Part shown: positions 29,058 to 37,203 of the stretch, one piece after another
Position numbering within the stretch: the first letter of the stretch is position 1
Layout of the letters: the number at the start of each line of letters is the position of its first letter
Assembly (NCBI GenBank): GCA_019057385.1
Contig: JAHQJS010000005.1
Span: 1-64,000 of the forward strand
Direction: 5' to 3'
Length of the DNA: 64,000 nucleotides
Source: Candidatus Borrarchaeum weybense
GTDB taxonomy: Archaea > Asgardarchaeota > Sifarchaeia > Borrarchaeales > Borrarchaeaceae
Made by a program: the position numbers and the translations under genes
The notes under the pieces: model-generated
Database searches by the model: none
What the model saw: only the letters and a program-made list of their open reading frames with translations
What the model was told of the DNA's origin: nothing

Positions 29058-29537
29058 ATGTTAGTATCAAGAGGTATCAAATTGCCTAAAGTCACTTTCA
29101 ATGATCCAGTAACTGGAAAGCCTTTGATGACACTTGAAGACAAAACCGCAAATGGAATAAAAAAATTAATTGAGCAAATCGAAAACTCTAGTTTTAAAGA
29201 AATTTTAGATAAATATCGAGATAGCTCTAAAGTGGCAAAATCGAAGACTCAAGAAAATGTTACGCAGTTTTCTAATCTTACAGTAGTCGATAAAATTAAA
29301 ATGATTTTAAATGAATTAGTGATTGGCTGGCATACATCCACTGAGATTAAAGAAGAATATGAGCGGGTATTTAAAGAAGAAATTAAACAGCAAACTATTT
29401 CAACAAATCTTTTAAGACTTTCAAAACATGAAATCCTTGAAAGAAGACGTATTGGAAAAATGTACGAATATAGAGTTAATAAGGAGAGATTAAGAGAGTC
29501 TTTCTCCGACGAAATCCTACTTTTATCTGAACCTTGA
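29058..29537 (+). CDS. Winged-helix DNA-binding protein
   Basis: 'WHTSTEI...YE....E.IK..TIST.L.RL....ILERRR.GK.YEYRV'; probable TTG start at 29082 after GAGGT. Confidence 0.75.
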   Translation: MLVSRGIKLPKVTFNDPVTGKPLMTLEDKTANGIKKLIEQIENSSFKEILDKYRDSSKVAKSKTQENVTQFSNLTVVDKIKMILNELVIGWHTSTEIKEEYERVFKEEIKQQTISTNLLRLSKHEILERRRIGKMYEYRVNKERLRESFSDEILLLSEP

Positions 29538-29654
29538 ACCTCTAATTTTTGTCGTTTAGTTTTCCGATGAAATTCTAGATTTTCTGACAAAATAATTTAA
29601 TATTTTTTGTCGTTTTATTAGCATCTCCGTTAATTATATCGGATACGATGAAAT
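29505..29654. repeat. Cluster of six CGAYRAAAW-like repeats, direct and inverted
   Basis: tccgacgaaat 29505; atttttgtcg 29545 (inv); ccgatgaaat 29564; ctgacaaaat 29584; ttttgtcg 29605 (inv); acgatgaaat 29645. Confidence 0.6.
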
Positions 29655-29889
29655 CTTAAACTAACGAACCCCTTTAGTTCTTATCGAATTCCTAAAGGAA
29701 TATAAAACAGATTTTATTGGAGTTATAAGCACAATTCATTTTGCTTGAGGGGTGTGTCCGATTATATTTTGTTATGTTGAAAGTTATTTTGAATCGGGAT
29801 ATCGCTTTGGAACTATTGAAGACTTCATGATTTCCTAAGAAATCATTACTTCCTTAAATATATCCTGTTCATAGAAATAAGATTTTAGT

Positions 29890-30408
29890 GTGAAAATGAT
29901 GAAGATGATGATATCAAATGACTGGATAGCTGGCTTTGTTGATGGGGAAGGGTGTTTCTCTATATGTATTCAAAAAAGACGAAATTATCATACATATACC
30001 CCTAAAGATTTCATTCTATATCTCTGTTTTAAGATTAGGTTGCATAGTGATGACGTCCATGCATTAGAGGAAATTAATAGAGTGTTAGGTGTTGGTAATG
30101 TGAGTATTTCTTCAAAGGTTGCACAATACGCCGTTTACAATTTAGAGGATTGTATTTTTATCTCTGATTTCTTCAAGGATAAACTATTTACAAAAAAAAG
30201 AAAGGATTTCGAATTATGGTGTGAAGCACTTGAGATATTCAATACCAGGAAACATAGAACAAAGAATGGCTTTTTAGAGATCACTAAAATAAGGGATCTG
30301 ATGAATGTTGATTCAAGTAAGAAACATAAAAACTATCGATCTAGTGAATGGTTTATTAGTTATTTCAGAGCAAATCCTCAAATGCAAGTACATCGATTAA
30401 AAACATGA
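29890..30408 (+). CDS. Single-motif LAGLIDADG homing endonuclease, free-standing
   Basis: WIAGFVDGEGCF, 'L..I...LGVG.V', 'L.TKK..DF.LW', 'H.T..G...I..IR..MN'. Confidence 0.9.
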   Translation: MKMMKMMISNDWIAGFVDGEGCFSICIQKRRNYHTYTPKDFILYLCFKIRLHSDDVHALEEINRVLGVGNVSISSKVAQYAVYNLEDCIFISDFFKDKLFTKKRKDFELWCEALEIFNTRKHRTKNGFLEITKIRDLMNVDSSKKHKNYRSSEWFISYFRANPQMQVHRLKT

Positions 30409-30510
30409 AGCAATAGTATTATGGTTTTGATTAATGGTTTTATTCTTATAGATTTACTATTTTCTTTTTGCTTTTAATTTAAACTATGTACTCCAGTATG
30501 GTATATATTT

Positions 30511-30778
30511 GAACATATGTTCTAAATAATCTATAATCTAATCTAATCATGCTTCGACGAGAAAAAATGGGGTCTGAGGGGAAAACTAAGTGGAAATTTT
30601 GTCTTTCTCCTTTCCGACAAAATTTATTAAATCATTTCAGTCGGCAAACAAGCTAAAAAATTGATTTAAGGGAAACAACTAAATATTTACTCATAAATTA
30701 CTTGAACTATTTGCGATGTTGCAGAATAGAGTTGCGCCATAATTTTTTAGCAAAGTTCAAATATTAGAACATGTGTTC
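30511..30778. promoter_or_regulatory. Inverted pair of GAAC-N4-GTTC palindromes enclosing a 10-bp inverted repeat and ORB-like motifs (candidate origin core)
   Basis: GAACATATGTTC 30511-30522; GAACATGTGTTC 30767-30778; aaattttgtc/gacaaaattt 30594-30625; TTCGACGAGAAAAAATGGGGT 30553-30573. Confidence 0.5.
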
Positions 30779-30788
30779 CAATAGATAA

Positions 30789-30809
30789 GTCGACTCGAAA
30801 TCAAAGGGT
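30789..30809 (+). promoter_or_regulatory. ORB-like site
   Basis: GTCGACTCGAAATCAAAGGGT. Confidence 0.45.
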
Positions 30810-31071
30810 CACTGGTTTATAAATAACAAAAAAACTGACTCTTTCTTCTTTCTTATCTCCTTAGTGTTCTGTCTAAAATAGATATTTTAATGTAATTAAT
30901 TTCTATTAGAACATTCCATAATCCTTTTTTTACAAAACTGAGCTTTACTTTTCTCAAAAACCACAGTGCGCGCATTATTCAGTAGAAATCTATCCAAATG
31001 CTTATATCTCTGAATCAGATAATTCAAATTAACAATTAAAAACAGATACAGTTTAACTTAGGAGGTTGCTA

Positions 31072-31371
31072 ATGTTGACACAAGTTCCACTAAACAAAAA
31101 ACGTGGTTTGAGTCAAGAAACAGAAGGTGATTTCGAATATTTGGGTGGAGGAATAGTTAGTCCATCAATTTCTCTTGAAGAATATCTATTGAAAATATTA
31201 CAAGATGGGCCGATGACTCGGGGTGAACTTTCAGTTGCTACAGGTATACCAAGAACCACTCTCTATGATACTTTAGTAAAACTAATCATGCAAGACAGAG
31301 TGGAAAAGTTTTCGTCGAGTAAACGTAAACGAGGTCGTCCAAACGTCTATTATCGTTTAGTGTCTTACTGA
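31072..31371 (+). CDS. Small HTH (TrmB/ArsR-like) DNA-binding protein
   Basis: GGAGG SD; 'GPMTRGELS.ATGIPRTTLYDTL.KL', 'RGRP.VYY'. Confidence 0.85.
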   Translation: MLTQVPLNKKRGLSQETEGDFEYLGGGIVSPSISLEEYLLKILQDGPMTRGELSVATGIPRTTLYDTLVKLIMQDRVEKFSSSKRKRGRPNVYYRLVSY

Positions 31372-31385
31372 AATATTACCATTTG

Positions 31386-31718
31386 TCATAGGTCGACTTT
31401 GGTATCATAAAGGGGCACTTCTTGAGCGATTTTAAACGCTCTTGCATAAATAACATCTGAATAACTCTGGAAATATGCCATTAACTTTTCAAAATCTTTC
31501 TCTTGTATATTTTCTAGAAGAATTGTACTTTCTCCCACTTTGTCATACCATTTTAGGGAATCTAAGATCCCTGTTTTTCGTTTACGCATTCTCCCACTTT
31601 TGGTCTCCCATTCATAAAAATACCCATATAACCCCTTAGTAAATTGGATTCTCCGTGGATTCTGCTTCATTCCTTTTCTCATATCATAACTTATTAAAAT
31701 CGATTTCATTTGTAGCAA
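31386..31718 (-). CDS. Stand-alone Cas2/VapD-like ferredoxin-fold protein
   Basis: N-terminal 'ILISYD', 'F.K.LYGY', 'GIL', 'KVGESTILL'; no CRISPR array or other cas genes nearby. Confidence 0.5.
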   Translation of the reverse strand: MLQMKSILISYDMRKGMKQNPRRIQFTKGLYGYFYEWETKSGRMRKRKTGILDSLKWYDKVGESTILLENIQEKDFEKLMAYFQSYSDVIYARAFKIAQEVPLYDTKVDL

Positions 31719-32046
31719 CTCATTTAGAAGATAATTGACATATTTTTCATAGCATAAATACTAGATTATTAGGGAAACATTTAAACCATTTTCGAGCAAA
31801 CTTCATTCGTTCAAAAAATATACGAAACTACCGTTTGATAATTTTGTTTTCCAGCCATTTAAAATCCCATAATGATTCTTCAGTTTTTTTATCGGCTTTA
31901 AAATTTTACCTCAGTAACTTTTAAATAACCTAAAAAACAAAACCTGACACTACGCACTCATATTGCACCATCAGATACTTCTTGTGTCTTTTTAAATGGT
32001 AATACCATGATGACAGCTATCGCTTTTAAAATGGAAATGCCATAAT

Positions 32047-32066
32047 TTCCACAAGAAATAAAGGTT
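32047..32066 (+). promoter_or_regulatory. ORB-like site immediately upstream of cdc6
   Basis: TTCCACAAGAAATAAAGGTT, ending 18 nt before the cdc6 ATG. Confidence 0.6.
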
Positions 32067-32084
32067 CAGTCAGCCCATTAAAAT

Positions 32085-33344
32085 ATGGAGGCTAAAACAT
32101 TGGATACACCGTCCCCGAAAGTTGATGCGATGATTGACAAATATTTAGAAGCTCCACAGATATTTAAAAACAGAGAAGCGCTAAACCATTCTTTTGTGCC
32201 CGATGAACTCCCACATAGGGATAAACATCTTGATAGAATGGTTTCTATTCTTATATCAGCATTAAGAGGTGGTACACCCTCTAACATCTTCCTCTATGGC
32301 AAAACGGGAGCAGGAAAAACAGCAGTAGCTCGGTTGGTGTTAAGGGCAATAGCATCCAAGGGAAGAGGAACAAATATGCCCCTTATTCCTTCCTATATTA
32401 ATTGTAATCAGTTCAGCACAAACTATAGTATACTAAGAAAATTATGCAAGAAAATTGACATTGAAGTCCCCTTTACAGGATTGCCGACCGATGAAGTTTA
32501 TTCTAGATTTAGAGACGGTTTGGATTCAGCTGAGCAATTAATGATTATCATTCTTGATGAAGTAGACAAACTTGTCAATAAAAGCGGGAATGATGTCCTA
32601 TATGACCTTACTCGCATGAAGGTAGATTTGGAACGGGCACGGGTTAGTTTAATTGGTATTACTAATGATCTTAGATTTAAGAGCCAAATTGATCCTAGAG
32701 TTTTAAGCAGTTTAAGTGAAGAAGAATTATTTTTTGCACCATATAAAGCTACGGAACTACAAACTATTCTAGAACAGCGAGCTAAAATGGCATTTCATCC
32801 CGGAGTCTATGATTACGGTGTTATCACACTCTGCGCTGCAATTGGGGCTAGGGAACATGGTGATGCAAGAAGAGCATTACATTTGTTGAAGGTTAGTGGA
32901 GAGCTTGCCGAAACACAAAAACTCAACAAGGTTACAGAGGATCATGTGAAGCAGGCACGAAACCATATTGAACAAAAGACTATTAACACTTTCTTAGAGA
33001 CGCTTCCAATCCAATCGAAAACCGTTCTGCATAGTATTTATTTGTTAGAAGTCAACGGTAAAAAGGAAATCTTTAGTGGAGACGTTTATGATGTATATTC
33101 CGAAATTTGTGGGATTGTAGGTTTGGATAGATTAACCCTACGTCGAATCAGTGATTTTGTTAATGAACTTATTATGCATGGAATTATTTCCGCACAGGAG
33201 ATAAGCCGTGGAAGGTATGGGCGCACCAGACGAATGCAATTAAGCATCCCTCAAGAACAGGTGAAAAAAGTACTAGTCGAAGAAGATAAAACTGGCAGAT
33301 TAAAACAAGTAATTGACTTCGTACCTACTTTACTTCGCCCATAG
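32085..33344 (+). CDS. cdc6: Orc1/Cdc6 replication initiator
   Basis: LPHRD, YGKTGAGKT Walker A, ILDEVD Walker B, HGDARRA, wHTH 'SRGRYGRTR'. Confidence 0.97.
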   Translation: MEAKTLDTPSPKVDAMIDKYLEAPQIFKNREALNHSFVPDELPHRDKHLDRMVSILISALRGGTPSNIFLYGKTGAGKTAVARLVLRAIASKGRGTNMPLIPSYINCNQFSTNYSILRKLCKKIDIEVPFTGLPTDEVYSRFRDGLDSAEQLMIIILDEVDKLVNKSGNDVLYDLTRMKVDLERARVSLIGITNDLRFKSQIDPRVLSSLSEEELFFAPYKATELQTILEQRAKMAFHPGVYDYGVITLCAAIGAREHGDARRALHLLKVSGELAETQKLNKVTEDHVKQARNHIEQKTINTFLETLPIQSKTVLHSIYLLEVNGKKEIFSGDVYDVYSEICGIVGLDRLTLRRISDFVNELIMHGIISAQEISRGRYGRTRRMQLSIPQEQVKKVLVEEDKTGRLKQVIDFVPTLLRP

Positions 33345-33345
33345 T

Positions 33346-34920
33346 TTAGTTAAAATTTATTTCTGTTACCTTTTTTGTGTGTAAATTTATTATAGGGACT
33401 ATGCCTGGAGTTGGATTGATATTTAATTTCTTTTGATAATTCGTTTGTGCTTGGAAAGCCCCTGAATTAACGACTGTTACACCTCGATACATAGTGACTC
33501 CGTTCGTATGTGTATGTCCTGCATGAAATATGTCTGGTACATCTTCGATGACTAAGAAGTCATTAGATTCGTGTGCTAGTGTAGTTTTTCCACCCCAGCG
33601 CGGAGCTAAATGTCGTGCTTTCAATAATTCTACCATTGCTTTATCAGGAGATTCAGTGGCAACGGTTGGAATGCTTTCAACTACATCATCAAGAGATCTG
33701 CCATGATCAAGTAGGACTTTTACATTATGAATAGAAACGTATGTAGGACTTCCAAGAACTTGTACATTTGGCATTTCGTATAATTCCTCTGCAAATTCTT
33801 TAGGAATTGGTGGTTGAGGTAATGCTTGACGGGTTGCATCGTGGTTTCCAGGTATTATGATGATTTCGATATGTTGTGGTATTTGTTCAAGGAATTTACT
33901 AACCTCTTTATATTGCTGGTAGATATCTTTGATTAATAGTTCTTTTTCTTGGTTTGGAAAGATCCCTATCCCTTCAACAAGATCACCAGCAATGAGTAGA
34001 TACTTGACGCTTCGACCAAGCGTTTTCTCCTTTCTACCACCCACTTCCCCCTTTAACCATGAAATGAATTGCTCAAAAGCCCTATCTAAAAATTTCATAG
34101 ACCCTATATGTAAATCAGAAATCAGCGCAGCGCATATAGGAATCGGTGCACCCTTCCATGAATGTGTTGTTGGGATCTCAGGAAGCAGTATATCCTTTAC
34201 TAGAAACATTTTGTTACGCGTTGTGCCATGAATGCAAATAACTTGATCATCTAATAATCGTTCAGTTTTGTGTACTAAGTTTTCCTCATTTCTAGGAACA
34301 ATCACTTGGAGTGTCCCAGTAGGATCATCAATTTCTAAGGAGTATCCGCCTTTTTTAGTCTCGCGTCTTGAAACTAACATGCCTATAATATGGAAATCTT
34401 CCCATTCGTCAGAACTATGTAATTCAGCTATTGGAACATAATTTTGTGTATCACTTCGTTTAAGAAGGAGTTTTTTAAGTTTAACATATCTTGAATGAAA
34501 AAGGTTAGCTAAATGTTCAATTGGGTTTTTTACAGCAGTTTTTATTATGTTTGGTGTTTTTATTATCACGATTTCTGCTTCAACTTCCTTAGCATCTATT
34601 AAAGTTATTTCTTGGTCATTTGCGAGTATTGTATCCCTTTTAATTACAGGTGCCGCGATTTCGAAATCTTTCTTGAACATTTCTGTTCCTATCGAACGCA
34701 TCTTCCCTTTAGTCGATGGCTCTATGGAGGTTAAGAACTCTTTTGTGATTACTAAAGGACTCTTAGGTAATTCATTAGCTTTTTCAATGATTGTTTTAAT
34801 TAGATTTTCTGGATTCTCTTTTGACATTAGAAGTTCAAGAACATCCGAACCAATTTGATATCCCGAAAGAACAAACTCTTTCAAAAATTCCGTAGCTTTC
34901 GATTTAATATGATTAGTCAT
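33346..34920 (-). CDS. polB: DNA polymerase D small (proofreading exonuclease) subunit DP1
   Basis: OB fold; ISDLHIGS, AGDLVEG, PGNHD, HGRSLDD, RHLAP, HAGHTH. Confidence 0.96.
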   Translation of the reverse strand: MTNHIKSKATEFLKEFVLSGYQIGSDVLELLMSKENPENLIKTIIEKANELPKSPLVITKEFLTSIEPSTKGKMRSIGTEMFKKDFEIAAPVIKRDTILANDQEITLIDAKEVEAEIVIIKTPNIIKTAVKNPIEHLANLFHSRYVKLKKLLLKRSDTQNYVPIAELHSSDEWEDFHIIGMLVSRRETKKGGYSLEIDDPTGTLQVIVPRNEENLVHKTERLLDDQVICIHGTTRNKMFLVKDILLPEIPTTHSWKGAPIPICAALISDLHIGSMKFLDRAFEQFISWLKGEVGGRKEKTLGRSVKYLLIAGDLVEGIGIFPNQEKELLIKDIYQQYKEVSKFLEQIPQHIEIIIIPGNHDATRQALPQPPIPKEFAEELYEMPNVQVLGSPTYVSIHNVKVLLDHGRSLDDVVESIPTVATESPDKAMVELLKARHLAPRWGGKTTLAHESNDFLVIEDVPDIFHAGHTHTNGVTMYRGVTVVNSGAFQAQTNYQKKLNINPTPGIVPIINLHTKKVTEINFN

Positions 34921-35025
34921 ACTAACAAGTTGCTCCTGATTTCTTGATATTCTATAGTTTACTTAGAGTTATATTCTTTTCTTTATTTAAAAGATACCTC
35001 GACAAAATCCATCTACGAACCTATT

Positions 35026-36021
35026 TCACTCCGAAACTAAGTCCGCTATATCAAGAGCAATTTCGCTAATAATATCCTCAATTTCAAGTATATCTTTTAG
35101 ATCTAGAAATAAATCTATTGGCTGTTTAGGAGTTTGTTTTACCAGAACGGTCTCTACTTTTTCATATTGTTTTAAAAATTGTTTCCGCATTACAAGAATT
35201 TTATCTGCAAGGATTGGGTCTTTGTTTAAAACAGCATTAAATGCTTGTTGGTGCATCTTAACAACAAATTCATTCAATGATTTAAATGGTTCGAAGATTT
35301 GTTTATATTCGCCACGATCATAGGTTTCTAGTAACAAAACCTTTTCAGCAATTTCAACAGCACGATCTGCAAGACTTTCTAGACTTTTTGCTAGTACTCG
35401 ATAGTCTAGACATTCAACTGGGCTAACATTCATTCTTTCAGAAAGAGATGGCTTTTGAATTACTGCTCTAAGTTGTCTGACTGCTAAAAAATAAAAGCGA
35501 TCAACTTCATCATCTCGCTCGATCACATTTTGAGCAAGTTTGATATCATTCTCAAAGAACGCGACTAATGCATCTTTGTGCATTTTATTTGCGAGTAAAT
35601 AAATCCTCCTAAATGTTTGATCAATTTGTACACCAGTAGGTGCGATTAATGCCTGTAATAATATTTCAGAGGACGATTCTTCTACTATCTCCACGCCAAC
35701 CAATCGTCTTACGATTTTCTTAACATTTTCTCGTTCTTCGGGGGTAAGTCGGGTGTTAGAGGTTACTTTGATTTTATCAAAACCTAATAAATAGGCGCTT
35801 AAAATGCTTCGTCTAATATTTTGCTCAAGCGGGATTGTAGACTCGGTTAACTTATTAATGCTTTCAGCTTGAGGTGATAGAACTAGTGAGCCATCCCCTC
35901 GCTCAATGATATAGAGTACATCTCCACGTTTTAAATCACTTTTATTAACCCAATCTTTTGGTAATGAAATTAGGTACGTTCCATCAGCACCACCAGTTTG
36001 CTGTAATTTCCTTAGTTCCAT
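35026..36021 (-). CDS. Phosphate uptake regulator PhoU family with N-terminal AbrB-like domain
   Basis: RKLQ.TG..TY.ISLPK.W; DDEVDR; LE..AD. Confidence 0.9.
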   Translation of the reverse strand: MELRKLQQTGGADGTYLISLPKDWVNKSDLKRGDVLYIIERGDGSLVLSPQAESINKLTESTIPLEQNIRRSILSAYLLGFDKIKVTSNTRLTPEERENVKKIVRRLVGVEIVEESSSEILLQALIAPTGVQIDQTFRRIYLLANKMHKDALVAFFENDIKLAQNVIERDDEVDRFYFLAVRQLRAVIQKPSLSERMNVSPVECLDYRVLAKSLESLADRAVEIAEKVLLLETYDRGEYKQIFEPFKSLNEFVVKMHQQAFNAVLNKDPILADKILVMRKQFLKQYEKVETVLVKQTPKQPIDLFLDLKDILEIEDIISEIALDIADLVSE

Positions 36022-36213
36022 AGAGGTTCACCAACATTCCGTATTCAAAAATATTAGACAATTTGTGAGGATATATAAACTTTATACTTTTTTAGGTGGA
36101 ATACAAAGAATACCAACTTTATATAAAATGAATTTTCTACTAAGAAGTGACTTAAATCATTCAAAAAAGACGATTAGACGAAATGAGACTCATAATGACA
36201 TCTTAGAATATAT

Positions 36214-37164
36214 CTAAATTATCTTCATTCCTTGCATTAAATTGACCATCAATATAACCGATATAAGATCAGCTGTTGTGCCCGGGTTATATCTGTTCTC
36301 AGAGTCTCGTAAACTTCTGTCGAAGTGATGGAGAGCATCGGTCCCTTTTTGTGTCAGAAGCCCTCCCATTTCAAGTACTTCTTTTGCTTTGTAGGATACT
36401 TGCATCGCTGCTTCATTGCCTAATTTCCTTTGAATTAGTGTATCTGGTTTGCTTGAAAGTAGAAACAGAAATGTATGCACCGTTGTTATATTCACATCCT
36501 TTGTAGACACATATGTTTGCCTAAAAAACGGATATCCTTTCCCCAAAGAAAGTTCGAGTGCGGTAACAAATTCTTTGGAAATTGTATCCCATTCTTGAGA
36601 GATTTCCATTGTTCTAAAAAGTGTGATTTCCCTTTCCTTCAATATATTCCAAGTATTCTCATCAGTAACGTCTGCTTCATCATCAACTTTCCCCATACCT
36701 CCAGGAGACACCGTTGCTATTGCTTGGTAGAGGTCAAGAGCATCTTGAGGAGTTGTCGCCCGAACAATATGATTAAACTGTTTTCTTAATAACTCAATTT
36801 CGAATTCTCTTTTTTCAATTAACGTTCCCGCAGCAGTTGCTAATGGAACCATCAGTATTAGCATGCCAAGGTTTGTATTCGGTTCATTCCACTGCTTTAC
36901 GTCACGGATGCCCTGAAGAATCCATCTGCCTATGCCTACATCTGAAGTTTGAATCTCTCCTTTCTGTAATTTTACACCCTGAGATGCTGCTCTTGCAATT
37001 GCAGGACCTATAGCCACAGCACCAGCTAAATAGTGTTCATATCGAGTATCTGCGAAATCTGCAGTCCTATGTACATTCCCAGGCTTTGGCCAACCACTAA
37101 GTTCTAGTGCTGCAGCAAGTTGGGCGCAACATTGTATCTTATTGACCCATGTCTCCTTTTGCAT
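36214..37164 (-). CDS. citG: Triphosphoribosyl-dephospho-CoA synthase CitG-family protein
   Basis: KPGNVHR, NTNLG, PDTLI.RK, NPGTTADL. Confidence 0.88.
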   Translation of the reverse strand: MQKETWVNKIQCCAQLAAALELSGWPKPGNVHRTADFADTRYEHYLAGAVAIGPAIARAASQGVKLQKGEIQTSDVGIGRWILQGIRDVKQWNEPNTNLGMLILMVPLATAAGTLIEKREFEIELLRKQFNHIVRATTPQDALDLYQAIATVSPGGMGKVDDEADVTDENTWNILKEREITLFRTMEISQEWDTISKEFVTALELSLGKGYPFFRQTYVSTKDVNITTVHTFLFLLSSKPDTLIQRKLGNEAAMQVSYKAKEVLEMGGLLTQKGTDALHHFDRSLRDSENRYNPGTTADLISVILMVNLMQGMKII

Positions 37165-37203
37165 TTTCTTTTCATCCTTCTAACTTTAGGGTGCTCTAGG
37201 GTA

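Noticed and set aside
29634-29890. Group I intron surrounding the LAGLIDADG ORF
   Set aside because: No recognisable P7 R/S elements or flanking exons; only an imperfect inverted repeat (29634-29765).
29500-31718. CRISPR array associated with the Cas2-like gene
   Set aside because: Repeats are ~10 bp, irregularly spaced and in both orientations; no repeat-spacer periodicity anywhere in the window.
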